A DNA stretch of 63,997 nt from Pirellulaceae bacterium. Its GTDB lineage: Bacteria > Planctomycetota > Planctomycetia > Pirellulales > Pirellulaceae. The number at the start of each line of letters is the position of its first letter. Positions within the stretch are counted from its first letter, which is position 1. The DNA is taken from contig JBGSNR010000042.1 in NCBI GenBank assembly GCA_041739545.1, positions 1 through 63,997 of the forward strand, written 5' to 3'. Positions 10,197-20,380 of this stretch are shown piece after piece. The position numbers and the translations under genes were made by a program. Below the pieces are notes generated by a model. The model was not told where the DNA came from and did not search any database. It was given only the letters and a program-made list of their open reading frames with translations.

Positions 10197-11153
10197 TCAG
10201 CGAGGCTTCTTTTTTGCCAGACCCTTCGTGTCCTTCTTGACGACCTTCTTGGATTTATCCACGGGAGGAGCCTTGGGGGACTTCTCTGGGGTTTTCTCGA
10301 TCGGCTTATCGGCCTTCTCGGCTGATTTGCCAGCCGTTCCTTTGGGAGCCTCTTTGCCAGCAGGCTTTCCCGGCTTTTTGGATTTGTCGTTTTTGGCTTC
10401 TAGCGCCGCTGCAGCTCGCGCGGTGCGTGCCGCGGCAGCAGCATCGGCTGCCTTCTTAATGGCAGCTTGTTCGACATGGGCCTGCCGGGCGTTGAGACGC
10501 TCTTTGAAGCCGGAATCCATCTCCGCGAGGATCGCTTTCAGTTTCGACGAACCTGGCGAGGCGCGAAAATCAGAGCCCAACTGCTGGAGTAACGAGCCGA
10601 ACTCTCGTCCCTTGTTCTTGGGAATAGCGCGCTCGAGACCGGGAACTTGAAACTTGTCGGCTTCGGCATCGTTGACGACCCCCACCGCGTACAACACATC
10701 CATCGAGCCACGGTTGATTGGGATCGCGTGCCCACCCAGTGCGTACTGAATGACGTAGGCAAAGACGAAGGGTGAAGCCCCTTCGATTTTTTGCAGTTCT
10801 TTTTCCGCTTTACCCAAGGCCTGCTTCTTCAACGTTTCCAGGTCGAAGGTGTAGTGGGCTTCGAACACGGATTGCAGCGAACGTTTCAGTCGCCCAGCGG
10901 CTTCGGCCGGATCGGGGAGGCAGCTGAGCACTTCGGTCAACTCGGCCACCGTTGTGACCCGCACTTCGTTCCAGTCGTAGAACAATTCCTGCAACTTGGC
11001 GAAGGCTTCGTCTGCCGAGTCAGGACGCGCGTTCTCCAGAACGCAGGCGTAGAGCATGTGCTCAAGTAACGGGCGATCCTCACCCGTGATGGGCTTGTAG
11101 TGCTTTTTGAGGACTTTATAGACCTTGTTTAACAGGGCCGTGCGATTGCTCAT
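10197..11153 (-). CDS. conserved hypothetical protein with Lys/Ala-rich histone H1-like C-terminal tail
   Basis: Globular N-terminal ~200 aa, then a KPGKPAGKEAPKGTAGKSAEKADKPIEKTPEKSPKAPPVDKSKKVVKKDTKGLAKKKPR tail. Confidence 0.6.
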   Translation of the reverse strand: MSNRTALLNKVYKVLKKHYKPITGEDRPLLEHMLYACVLENARPDSADEAFAKLQELFYDWNEVRVTTVAELTEVLSCLPDPAEAAGRLKRSLQSVFEAHYTFDLETLKKQALGKAEKELQKIEGASPFVFAYVIQYALGGHAIPINRGSMDVLYAVGVVNDAEADKFQVPGLERAIPKNKGREFGSLLQQLGSDFRASPGSSKLKAILAEMDSGFKERLNARQAHVEQAAIKKAADAAAAARTARAAAALEAKNDKSKKPGKPAGKEAPKGTAGKSAEKADKPIEKTPEKSPKAPPVDKSKKVVKKDTKGLAKKKPR

Positions 11154-11195
11154 AGGAGAAAATACAAGGGCTGGCGTATCACTTCAAACTGCAAC

Positions 11196-11606
11196 TTAAA
11201 CGTCTGACGACTTGTCAGGAACATCTTCCGATACTTCCTCGACTGGCTCCGTCTCTTCCGTCGGCTTGGGAAGAACCTCACTCAAAATGCGAGCGACTTC
11301 CAACGATTTCTTGACCCCTTGGTCCAGCACGAACTGCAGCCGCGGCGTGTAGCGAGTGTCGATCCGCTTGGCGATCTTGTGCTGTAAAAATCCGGCCGAA
11401 TGCTCCAATCCGCGGATGGCGAGCGCTTGCTGCGTCTCATCTCCCATGACGGAAACGTTAATTTTGGCCGAGCGCATATCGGGGGCGACGGCAACCGAAG
11501 TCACCGTAATCCCTTGCACGCGCGGATCGCGAATTTCGGTCAGGATAGCCATCCCCACGACCTCGCGAATGGCTTCAGCGGCTTTCAAGAGTCGACGGGC
11601 AGTCAT
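11196..11606 (-). CDS. rbfA: ribosome-binding factor A
   Basis: ILTEIRDPRVQGITVTSVAVAPDMRSAKINVSV...FLQHKIAKRIDTRYTPRLQFVLD. It sits immediately downstream of infB. Confidence 0.9.
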   Translation of the reverse strand: MTARRLLKAAEAIREVVGMAILTEIRDPRVQGITVTSVAVAPDMRSAKINVSVMGDETQQALAIRGLEHSAGFLQHKIAKRIDTRYTPRLQFVLDQGVKKSLEVARILSEVLPKPTEETEPVEEVSEDVPDKSSDV

Positions 11607-11658
11607 GGCATTCAGACCGAAATAGGGCGAGGCACAGGCACGGTAGCTTCACGGACGT

Positions 11659-14610
11659 TTACAAAGTCCGCGCGACTTCTTCCAGCTTATAGGCTTCCAG
11701 GACATCGTCCTGCTTGATGTCGTTGAAGTTCACCAGCTTGATGCCGCATTCCACGCCGCGCGAGACTTCCTTCACATCGTCCTTGACCCGTTTCAACGTG
11801 TCGATTGCGTAGTCGCCGATAGTTCGACCTTCGCGATTGATCCTGACCCGACAGTTCCGCTCGATCGTCCCCTGGGCCACGTAGCAGCCTGCCACGGCTC
11901 CCACCCGGCTGATCGCAAAGACCTGCTTGACGATCGCCCGACCCATTTCGATGATCCGTGTTTCGGGCTTCAGCTTCCCTTCCAGGAGAGCCTTAATGTC
12001 ATCGGTGAGTTTGTAAATGATGTCGTAACGACGAATTTCAACCTGCCGTTCGTCGGCGAGCGAGCGAGCTGCCTCGTCGGGGATGACATTGAAGCCAATG
12101 ATTACGGCATTGGATGCATTTGCCAATGTCACGTCGGCTACCGTGATGCCGCCGACCGAAGCCTGCAACACTTTGACCTTAACTTCCGGGTGATCGAACT
12201 TGGACAGTTCTTTGAGAATTGCTTCGATCGAGCCGCGAACGTCCGCCCGGATGATCAAATTCAACACCGAGACTTCGAAGTCTTCGGTGACGAGTTTGCC
12301 TTCCGAAAGCCGACGTTGGAACTCTTCGAACGAGACGCGCGTGGTGAAACCACTGAGCGATTGTTGACGTGACGTCGCTTCCCGCTTGGCTGCGATCTCG
12401 CGTGCTTCGCCGATATCGTTGAGCACGTAAATGCGATCGCCGGCATTGGGAGGCAGATCTAGACCGGTCAGATTGACAGGCGTTGAAGGGCCCGCTTCCT
12501 TTATCTTCTTGCGCACATCAAGGGTATCGTACATGGCCTTAACACGGCCATGGCCTGCACCGCAGACAACAATATCTCCTTCTCGCAACGTACCGTTCTG
12601 GACCATGACCTTGGCGATCACGCCGCGTCCTGGCTCCTGCTCGGCTTCCAAGCACATGCCTGCAGCCGGACGGTTCGGATTGGATTTGTAATCGTGTAGT
12701 TCTGCCGTGACGAGGAGAGTTTCCAGCAAATCTTCCAGACCTTGTCCCGTCTGAGCACTGGTCCGAATCACTTCGACTTCGCCACCCCATTCGCTGGGGA
12801 GCAGTTCGGCCGCGGCCAGTTGTTGCAACACTCGCTGCTCGTCTGCGGCCGGCAGATCGATCTTGTTCATCGCCACCACGATGGGGACGCCCGCTGCCTT
12901 GATGTGGCTGATGGCTTCTTCGGTCTGTGGCATCACACCGTCGTCAGCAGCGACGACGAGCACCGCAATATCCGTGACGTTGGCACCGCGAGCACGCATT
13001 TCGGTGAAGGCTTCGTGACCAGGCGTATCGACGAAAGCCACCTTCCGGCCATCTTTCGTAACGATCGAGTAGGCGCGGATATGTTGAGTGATACCCCCCG
13101 CTTCCCCCGAAACGACGTTAATCCCAATCAGGCGATCGAGCAACGACGTTTTGCCGTGATCCACGTGGCCAAGGAAGGTCACGATCGGCGGACGCATTTG
13201 CAGATCGGCCGGATCGTCTTCACTATCGAAGCGGTCGAGCATCTGGTCTTCGAGCGATTCGGCTGGCTTGATAGTTAAATCAACTCCCAGTTCGGATGCC
13301 AGGACTTCCACAAGTTCGTCAGGAATCTGGGCATTGATGTTCAGCATCTGCCCCATGTCCATGAGTGCTCGCATCACTTGCATACCGCTCACACCCGCAG
13401 CTTCCGAGAAGGATCGCACGGTGCAAGGAAGTTCCAAGCCGACCCTTTCTTTACGGGGTGCGGCCGTGCTCTTGCCCCGGCCTGTGCGGATGATCGTGCG
13501 GCGCTTGCGGGGACGACCGGAGTCATCATCTTCACCCACACCTCGGACGGGCTTGCGAACCTTCTGTCGCTCAGCCCGCATGCGATTAAGATCGCCTAGA
13601 TTTTCTTCTTCAACGACTAGCGGCTTCTTGGGTGGCCTGCCGCGAACGCCCGTGGATAGCGGAGCCGCCGTCCCCGACTGCGGTTGGTTGCCGCCGCGCT
13701 TGACTTCAGGACCACCGTCCTTGCGTTTGCGTTCGGCATCCAGTTTTTTAGTGATGTCCTGAAGCGGGGGCGCGGTACCGGCAGTGACGCGTTTGATAAC
13801 GTCGGTCGGCAGACGTAGCACTGGCTTTTGGGCGACTTCAGAAGTCTGCGCATTGGCAGCAGGTTGCTTGACCGCGGGCATCTCGGCAAAGCGAATGGCC
13901 GGCGAACGTTTATCGCCGCTCTTATCGTCTTCGCGCTTTTTCTTCAGGTCGATCGGCTTCTTCCCGCCACCAATGACTCGAATGGGTCCACTTCGCTGTG
14001 GAATAAGATTGCTGCGACGCAGCGGCGCACTATCCGTTTCGTCCGTTGTCGAAGACGCAGGGGCGGAAGGCTGAGTTGGCGCGTTAACCGGAGGAGCTGT
14101 TTCCGGAGCTCGGGCCACGGGAACAGCTGGCGGGGGAACAACCACAGGAGGGGCCACAGGTGCCGGTGTAGCCGGAGATTCCACTGGGGGAACATTACTT
14201 ACTGGCGGCACATTTCCGATCGGCGGCGCATTTCCAGCAGGTGGAACGGGAACTTTGGGAGGCCGCGCACGAAGCGGAGAAGGCTTCTGCGGCGGAGGGG
14301 GTGGAGGAAGCACCGCAGTTGAAGTTACCGGCGCGGTCAAAACGGATCGCGTATCTACGAGAGTCTGCGCAGGGGCGGCTGCTCGCTTGGCAGCATTTCC
14401 ATCCAGATAGGCTTTGAGCTTGACGATTTCATCGTCTTCCAGGCTAGCCAAGGCAGAACCTTTGCCAGGAATACCAGCTTTCGTACACAACTCCACCAGC
14501 TCCTTGCTGTCGAGTTGCATATCCTTGGCAAGAGCGTAAATCCGAATGGGCACAGGCACCCTCCAGTAAATGGGAGAGACCGTCGTGCTTGACGACCTCT
14601 TACCCAGCAC
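11659..14610 (-). CDS. infB: translation initiation factor IF-2
   Basis: IF2_N ([26 protein letters not shown]), a Pro-rich linker, and a GTPase domain ([28 protein letters not shown]). The likely real start is the GTG at 14553, 5 nt after a GGAGGG Shine-Dalgarno, rather than the ATG at 14610. Confidence 0.92.
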   Translation of the reverse strand: MLGKRSSSTTVSPIYWRVPVPIRIYALAKDMQLDSKELVELCTKAGIPGKGSALASLEDDEIVKLKAYLDGNAAKRAAAPAQTLVDTRSVLTAPVTSTAVLPPPPPPQKPSPLRARPPKVPVPPAGNAPPIGNVPPVSNVPPVESPATPAPVAPPVVVPPPAVPVARAPETAPPVNAPTQPSAPASSTTDETDSAPLRRSNLIPQRSGPIRVIGGGKKPIDLKKKREDDKSGDKRSPAIRFAEMPAVKQPAANAQTSEVAQKPVLRLPTDVIKRVTAGTAPPLQDITKKLDAERKRKDGGPEVKRGGNQPQSGTAAPLSTGVRGRPPKKPLVVEEENLGDLNRMRAERQKVRKPVRGVGEDDDSGRPRKRRTIIRTGRGKSTAAPRKERVGLELPCTVRSFSEAAGVSGMQVMRALMDMGQMLNINAQIPDELVEVLASELGVDLTIKPAESLEDQMLDRFDSEDDPADLQMRPPIVTFLGHVDHGKTSLLDRLIGINVVSGEAGGITQHIRAYSIVTKDGRKVAFVDTPGHEAFTEMRARGANVTDIAVLVVAADDGVMPQTEEAISHIKAAGVPIVVAMNKIDLPAADEQRVLQQLAAAELLPSEWGGEVEVIRTSAQTGQGLEDLLETLLVTAELHDYKSNPNRPAAGMCLEAEQEPGRGVIAKVMVQNGTLREGDIVVCGAGHGRVKAMYDTLDVRKKIKEAGPSTPVNLTGLDLPPNAGDRIYVLNDIGEAREIAAKREATSRQQSLSGFTTRVSFEEFQRRLSEGKLVTEDFEVSVLNLIIRADVRGSIEAILKELSKFDHPEVKVKVLQASVGGITVADVTLANASNAVIIGFNVIPDEAARSLADERQVEIRRYDIIYKLTDDIKALLEGKLKPETRIIEMGRAIVKQVFAISRVGAVAGCYVAQGTIERNCRVRINREGRTIGDYAIDTLKRVKDDVKEVSRGVECGIKLVNFNDIKQDDVLEAYKLEEVARTL

Positions 14611-14883
14611 AAACAGTTCAACTCATATCCGCCACTCCTTTTGGACGACACCGTTGCCGATGTTCGACCATGAGGGGAACGGTACCAGCAAGCCCGCGGT
14701 TGCAAAGCTGCCGATTCCCATCCTTCGCGGCCACGCTGCCGCGAAGCGAAACCATCAATGTTACCCAATTTTCTGCCCCTTGACCAGCGACCCAGCGGGG
14801 GCTTTTTCAGCCAAAACCGCCAAATTCGGGTAGTTCGCGGCAAGGCTTAACGCGGCAAGACTTAAAAAGCCGGCTACGGAAAA

Positions 14884-16125
14884 TTAACTGGCTGGGGGGG
14901 CATCCTCGCTGACGGGAGGCTCAGGCTGCTGCTGATCCTGTATTTTTCGTTGGCGATCGGTCGCCGCTTGCTGCTCCGCCTCTTCGGCCCGCTCTTCAGC
15001 TTGCAAGACAATCGAATCGACCTGTTCTTCCGTCAATCCGCCCATTTCCATAAGCTGATCTGGTTCGATCACCGACAGGTCGTCGTAAGACAGAAAGCCT
15101 TGTTCCACGAGACGAGCCGCCAATTCGTCCGTCATTCCCTCGATGGTCATAAAGCCACCGACCGCACGGTTGATCTGCTGCTCAAGCTCATCGTTCGTCA
15201 TGATTTCAATGTCCCAGCCGCACAACTTGCTGGCCAGGCGGACATTCTGCCCCTTGCGGCCAATGGCCAGAGACAACTGATCTTCGCGGACCAAAACGAT
15301 CGCTCGGCCGATCATGTGGCAGAGCAGAACCTGATCTACTTCTGCCGGCTGGAGTGCGCCGATGATGAGTGTCTCGGGATCGTCATTCCAGCGAACGATG
15401 TCGATCCGCTCCCCGGATAACTCATCAACAATGTTTTTGATGCGGTTGCCGCGCACGCCGACGCAAGCTCCGACACAGTCCACTCGCTGATCACTGCTGC
15501 TTACCGCCACCTTGCTACGATGGGCGGGCTCACGAGAGATGGCATTTATCGAGATCACTCCGTCGGCGATTTCCGGAATCTCTTGCTCGAACAGGCGTTG
15601 AACGAACTGCGGCTTAGTGCGACTGAGCACCACTTTGACGCGGCTCCCCTGGGGCTTCACTTCGTACACGATTGCTCGCACCCGTTCATTGGGGTGGTGC
15701 GTTTCACCCGGGATCTGCTCGCTGCGAGGGAGGATCGCCTCGAAGTTGTTATGCAGGGCGACGATCGTGGCCCCACCTTCCGAACGCGTAACGACTCCGG
15801 TCACGATCTGGCCGACCTGTTGACTGAACTCTTCGATCAGGGCGTCCCGCTCCGCTTCGCGGATTTTTTGAATAATGACTTGCTTGGCCGTTTGAGCGCC
15901 AATGCGGCCACTAATTTCTTCGGGATCGAGAATGATATTGTTGTGCATGCCCGATAGTTCACCGGACTCACGATCGATCGTGATGACGATTTCTTCAGTT
16001 TCGCCGTAATGCTTTTTGGCCGCCGTCACCAGCGCTGCCTCGATCGCTTGAAATACGACTTCCTTGTTGATGTTCTTATCGCGATGCACCGAATCGACGA
16101 TGCGCAACATTTCGCTGGGGTTCAT
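14884..16125 (-). CDS. nusA: transcription termination/antitermination factor NusA
   Basis: [33 protein letters not shown]1 and KH domains, and an acidic C-terminus. Classic nusA-infB-rbfA order. Confidence 0.92.
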   Translation of the reverse strand: MNPSEMLRIVDSVHRDKNINKEVVFQAIEAALVTAAKKHYGETEEIVITIDRESGELSGMHNNIILDPEEISGRIGAQTAKQVIIQKIREAERDALIEEFSQQVGQIVTGVVTRSEGGATIVALHNNFEAILPRSEQIPGETHHPNERVRAIVYEVKPQGSRVKVVLSRTKPQFVQRLFEQEIPEIADGVISINAISREPAHRSKVAVSSSDQRVDCVGACVGVRGNRIKNIVDELSGERIDIVRWNDDPETLIIGALQPAEVDQVLLCHMIGRAIVLVREDQLSLAIGRKGQNVRLASKLCGWDIEIMTNDELEQQINRAVGGFMTIEGMTDELAARLVEQGFLSYDDLSVIEPDQLMEMGGLTEEQVDSIVLQAEERAEEAEQQAATDRQRKIQDQQQPEPPVSEDAPPAS

Positions 16126-16215
16126 CGTTCGGATTCCTTCTAAATGTGTATTAAGTTGTGTTTGAATTTCCTGCCAATGGTAACCCGAAGAGCAAGTGAG
16201 CGCGTCGTTCGCGTG

Positions 16216-17352
16216 CTACACCGCAGCTCCCTCGCTTGCGCTTGGGGTTACTATTCGCCAACCGTCTGGGGCTGAGAAATAGTGGAGCGAACCAGGTCGC
16301 ACCGCTAATTCCACCCCGTCACCCACCTGACCGATCAAAGTTCCATCCGCTTCCAACGCCGCTCGACAAACAACCGAACTGCCGGCGAGTGCCACCGCAA
16401 TCATTCGTCGTCCGCCCAGGGATACGCCAACGTTGGCAATCACCCCCTGACTAAACGGCCATCCTTCCTGCTTCGTCGACCCTTCCGCCTCACGAACGAA
16501 AAAGTCCGCTGAACTCACTCCTAGCCAAACCTGGCCCGCTTTAACCGACGGTTCACACCCGGCAGGCAGTTCCCACCGCCAGCCCTGGGTCACAAACGAC
16601 CACGTTTTGCCGTCGACAGCGATTTCGCCTTGCCACAGGTTCAATCCGCCACGGGCGAACAATCTCGCAATCTGCACGTGCGCCGGTTTCCCCACGACTT
16701 TCGCGGGTACGTCCGACTGCAAGAGCCGACCACCGTCCATCACCGCCAGTTCGTCCGCGAGCGACAAAGCCTCATCGGGATCATGCGTAACGAGTAACGT
16801 CGTCACTCGCGATTCCCGCTGCCAGCACTGCAACTTCTGCCGAACTTCATGACGCAACCAACCATCCAACTGCCCAAGGGGTTCATCCAGCAACAAGATT
16901 CGCGGTCGGCGAACCAAGGCTCGACCAAGCGAAACTCGCTGCTGTTCCCCACCTGAAATCTCACCTGGATAACGCTCCAGAAGCGACTCTATTTCCAAAA
17001 GCCGGGCAATCTCCGTCACCCGCTCGGAACTCAACCTTGCGGCCGAAGACCCCGTCACTTCCATGTTCTGTCGCACCGTCCACTGCGGAAATAATCCTGG
17101 CGATTGCGGAACCAGTGCCACATCGCGCCGATGGGGCGGATAGGTCGACTGATCCTCGCCGTCACAGTAAATTTTCCCGCTGGTGGGCCTTTCCAACCCA
17201 GCCAAGAGCCGCAGCAAGGTCGTTTTTCCCGACCCGCTCGCTCCGACCAGCACCGTAAGTGCCCCAGTGCGCAACTTCCAATCCAATTCCAACACCGCTT
17301 TTCGCCCGTCGGAGTAGCTTTTCGACAGGCCGTGGATTTCCACCTCGGTCAT
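16216..17352 (-). CDS. ABC transporter ATP-binding protein with C-terminal TOBE-like extension (orphan, no adjacent permease)
   Basis: Walker A GASGSGKTTLL, signature LSGGEQQRVSLGRAL, Walker B ILLLDEPLGQLD. The ~130-aa C-terminal extension resembles PotA/ModC/CysA-type regulatory domains. Confidence 0.85.
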   Translation of the reverse strand: MTEVEIHGLSKSYSDGRKAVLELDWKLRTGALTVLVGASGSGKTTLLRLLAGLERPTSGKIYCDGEDQSTYPPHRRDVALVPQSPGLFPQWTVRQNMEVTGSSAARLSSERVTEIARLLEIESLLERYPGEISGGEQQRVSLGRALVRRPRILLLDEPLGQLDGWLRHEVRQKLQCWQRESRVTTLLVTHDPDEALSLADELAVMDGGRLLQSDVPAKVVGKPAHVQIARLFARGGLNLWQGEIAVDGKTWSFVTQGWRWELPAGCEPSVKAGQVWLGVSSADFFVREAEGSTKQEGWPFSQGVIANVGVSLGGRRMIAVALAGSSVVCRAALEADGTLIGQVGDGVELAVRPGSLHYFSAPDGWRIVTPSASEGAAV

Positions 17353-17371
17353 GTCTCCCCCGTCAAACGAA

Positions 17372-17409
17372 AAACGCGGCCTCGCCCTCGTTCGAGCAGC
17401 CGCGTTTGG
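17372..17409 (-). terminator. intrinsic-terminator-like hairpin + U5 inside the 5' leader of the ABC ATPase gene (putative attenuator or expression platform)
   Basis: On the minus strand: AAACGCGGC-[18 nt loop]-GCCGCGUUUUU, ending ~20 nt upstream of the ATG with GGGGGAG between them. No upstream minus-strand gene exists for it to terminate. Confidence 0.45.
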
Positions 17410-17730
17410 CGTGTTCGCCCGAATTGTACCATCCCTCCCGACAAATCGGGATACTCGAATTATGGAAAATGGGCTTTAACTGTCAAGGCGACGGGGTTTC
17501 GCCCTCTTTCTCGCATTAAGAGCTGAGAAATCGCGCTCACTTTCTGGTATTTCTTTACCAGCAAGTCTATTCTGACCCCATAAGTACGCGTTTGATCGAC
17601 AAGTTCCGCTGGCAGTTCACTCTTTTGATACTCTCGGAAGCCGGCTCCCCTTACCTCGGCGAGACGGGAGCAAGGTTTACTCGTTTTCCGGGATTTCAGC
17701 GGTAAGATTCAGCGCGCACCAGCGAATAAC

Positions 17731-18390
17731 GTGGCAGTTTTGGTCGCTAATGTCTTCTCGGGAGGCACACACATGGCTTGGCTATTTCTCGGCTGCGCAA
17801 TCATTGGCGGCACGATTATTGTCTGCCAATTCCTCCTGACGCTCGTCGGCTTCAGCGGACTGGAGGGGCACGTTGACCTGGCGGATGACTTCCCGGACGA
17901 TGTGCCAGCTGACGGTGGCTCTGACTTCGATCCCGGCTCAGCAGGGCATGATTCAACCTGGTTATTCAATGTGATTTCGATCCGCACCTTGACCGCCGCG
18001 CTGGCCTTTTTTGGTCTCGGCGGTTACGCGATGAACTCGGCCCAAGCCGAGATCCCAGCGCAATTGGTTGTAGCGGTCGTCGCTGGTACCGGGGCCCTGT
18101 TTGCGGTGCACTGGTTATTTCGGCAGCTCAATCGACTTTCAGCCGATGGAACGGAGCAGATCGGACGGGCGATAGGCGAACTGGGCGTCGTGTATTTGAC
18201 AATCCCTCCCCGCGGAGAAGGGCAGGGGAAAGTGCAATTCGACCTCCAAGGAAGGCTGGTCGAATATGCCGCGGTGACCAATTCGCTCGACCCGCTAGTG
18301 ACCGGGAGCAAAATTCGAGTCATCGCCGTCACCGGCAATGTTTTAGAGGTGGAACCGGCGAAACGCCCAAGTAAGGTAGAAGTTGCTTAA
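17731..18390 (+). CDS. NfeD-like membrane protein (short YuaF-type, C-terminal OB-fold)
   Basis: N-terminal TM helices and a C-terminal beta-rich domain (KIRVIAVTGNVLEVEP), placed immediately upstream of the flotillin gene. An alternative start is 17773. Confidence 0.6.
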   Translation: MAVLVANVFSGGTHMAWLFLGCAIIGGTIIVCQFLLTLVGFSGLEGHVDLADDFPDDVPADGGSDFDPGSAGHDSTWLFNVISIRTLTAALAFFGLGGYAMNSAQAEIPAQLVVAVVAGTGALFAVHWLFRQLNRLSADGTEQIGRAIGELGVVYLTIPPRGEGQGKVQFDLQGRLVEYAAVTNSLDPLVTGSKIRVIAVTGNVLEVEPAKRPSKVEVA

Positions 18391-18446
18391 ATTCGTCCGT
18401 TCAGCGGACTCTCTCATGTCTCTGAATCAACTGCGAGCACTGTACT

Positions 18447-20018
18447 ATGCCTGACCCTAGCATTGCCATCACTGTCATTGTTGCCTTATGTCTCGCCGGC
18501 ATCATGCTGTTGGGATTGATTCTGTTGGTGATGAAGCAGTACAAACGCTGCCCCAGCAACCGCGTGCTGGTGATCTACGGACGCACGGGTGCGGATGGCA
18601 AGCCGAAGTGCATTCATGGTGGCGCACGGCTCGTAATCCCGCTGATTCAAGACTACGCCTACCTAAGCCTGGAACCAATCCAGATCGAAGTGCCGCTGCG
18701 GGGAGCTTTGTCGGCGGAGAACATTCGCGTCAATGTACCCAGCGTGTTTACGGTGGCCATCGATACCAAGCCGCAAGTCATGCAGAACGCGGCCGTCCGT
18801 TTATTGGGGCTCAATTCGCAGCAAGTCCGCAAGCAGGCGGAGGAAATGATCTTCGGCCAACTTCGCCAAGTGATTGCCTCGATGCGGATTGAAGAAATCA
18901 ATCGCGACCGGGATAAGTTCCTGGAGCACGTGCAGCACTCGCTGGAACCGGAACTCGCGAAAATTGGGTTGCAGCTGATCAACGTCAACATCACCGACAT
19001 CACCGACGAATCAGGCTACATCGACGCCATCGGCCAGAAGGCAGCTTCGCTCGCCATTCAACAGGCACGTGGTGACGTGGCAGACAACGTGAAAATGGGT
19101 GAGACGCGCGTCGCACTGGCCAATCGCGATAAGGCCATTCAAGTCGCGGCAGCGAAAAAAGAGCAATCGATCGGCACCCGCGGTGCCGAACGGGATGAAG
19201 CGGTCAGCCTGGCAGCACTCGCGAAAGAGCAAGCGGTCGGCGAACGACAAGCGGCATTTGAGCAAGAGGCGTCCGTCAAAGATGCCGAACGAGCAATGCG
19301 CGTGAGAGTCGCTGAGGCAGATGCCGTTGCCATCGACGGCGAAAATCTGGCGTCCGCCAAGATCGCTTCCTCGCAAGCCGAATTGGCCATGAAGCGAGCC
19401 GAGGCGTACGAAAAAGGGGAAGGTCGTAAAAAGCAGGCCGAAGCCCTCGTTATGGAAATGCAAAACCGGGCTTTGGCCAAGGCAGCTCTCGCGGAAGCGG
19501 AACGCGTGGAAGCCGAACAGCGGGCCAAGCTCGAAGCTCCCGCTCGCGCTCAGAAAGCAAAACAAGTTGTCGATGCCGAAGCTGCCGCCGAAAGCCGCCG
19601 CATCGCCGCCCAGGCCGAGGCCGATGCTATCTTCCTGAAGCTAGAAGCCGAAGCGAAGGGTAATTACGAAATCCTGGCCCGCAAGGGGGAGGGCTTGAAG
19701 CAGATCGTCGATGCCTGCGGCGGTTCCAAAGAAGCCTTCCAATTGATGTTGCTGGAGCACCTCGACAATCTGGCTGATGCGTCCGCCAAAGCGATCAGCG
19801 GCATCAAATTCGACAAGGTTGTGGTCTGGGAAAATGGGGGAAGCAACGGCAAAAACGCTACCGCCGACTTTCTCTCCGGGATGGCACGGAGCCTCCCTCC
19901 CATGCTGCAAGTGATGAAGGATATCGGCGGCGTGGAACTGCCCGAATCGCTGGTGAAATTTACCGGGGCAGAGAACAAACCCAATGGAGCTCCGACCAAA
20001 GACGAGCAGCGGAGCTAA
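18447..20018 (+). CDS. flotillin / SPFH (band 7) domain protein
   Basis: N-terminal TM, SPFH core (YKRCPSNRVLVIYGR...IQIEVPLRGALSAENIRVNV), and a long Ala/Glu-rich coiled-coil flotillin tail. Confidence 0.85.
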   Translation: MPDPSIAITVIVALCLAGIMLLGLILLVMKQYKRCPSNRVLVIYGRTGADGKPKCIHGGARLVIPLIQDYAYLSLEPIQIEVPLRGALSAENIRVNVPSVFTVAIDTKPQVMQNAAVRLLGLNSQQVRKQAEEMIFGQLRQVIASMRIEEINRDRDKFLEHVQHSLEPELAKIGLQLINVNITDITDESGYIDAIGQKAASLAIQQARGDVADNVKMGETRVALANRDKAIQVAAAKKEQSIGTRGAERDEAVSLAALAKEQAVGERQAAFEQEASVKDAERAMRVRVAEADAVAIDGENLASAKIASSQAELAMKRAEAYEKGEGRKKQAEALVMEMQNRALAKAALAEAERVEAEQRAKLEAPARAQKAKQVVDAEAAAESRRIAAQAEADAIFLKLEAEAKGNYEILARKGEGLKQIVDACGGSKEAFQLMLLEHLDNLADASAKAISGIKFDKVVVWENGGSNGKNATADFLSGMARSLPPMLQVMKDIGGVELPESLVKFTGAENKPNGAPTKDEQRS

Positions 20019-20371
20019 CTCCTCTTCTCCTCAACGGTCGTCAATTCCACGATCTCTGCAACGGCGGTTTGCAGGGATCTCAGCGCCATCTGAAAATTGG
20101 TGTGCGTCGAAATTTGCGGCTGCAGTTCGGCGAACAACGCAGTCGCGTTCTTCAAGCGTGAGAGCTTCTTCCCCACGATTCGCAGGTACTCTTCCGCATC
20201 ATTGGCCTTGAGGGGGGCACCCAGTGACAGCAGGATGTCGTACAACTGGCGATGGACTTCCGCCAGTTCGTCATCTTCGGCTGCTTCGTCGCTGTGCTTC
20301 AGAAAGGTGCGGACCATCCACACATGAGCGAAGAGCGCGTCGATGCGCTCCATCTTTTCTAGCGAAGTCAT
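20015..20371 (-). CDS. hypothetical cytoplasmic protein
   Basis: 118-aa ORF with coding-like composition, convergent with the flotillin gene. Confidence 0.45.
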   Translation of the reverse strand: MTSLEKMERIDALFAHVWMVRTFLKHSDEAAEDDELAEVHRQLYDILLSLGAPLKANDAEEYLRIVGKKLSRLKNATALFAELQPQISTHTNFQMALRSLQTAVAEIVELTTVEEKRS

Positions 20372-20380
20372 AACCGGGCT

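Noticed and set aside
13828-14322. Arg-rich + strand ORFs inside infB, and other internal ORFs within infB, nusA and the HK
   Set aside because: They are antisense or low-complexity frames inside strongly supported genes.
17490-17570. Possible TPP (THI-box) riboswitch on the + strand (GCTGAGAAATC...CTGGTATTTCTTTACCAGC resembles CUGAGA plus the P4/P5 pyrophosphate helix)
   Set aside because: The conserved GGGGUGC/ACCC P2 pairing and the GAUAAUGCCAGCG core are absent. The hairpin is a generic CTGGTA/TACCAG stem. The downstream + strand genes (NfeD, flotillin) are not thiamine-related.
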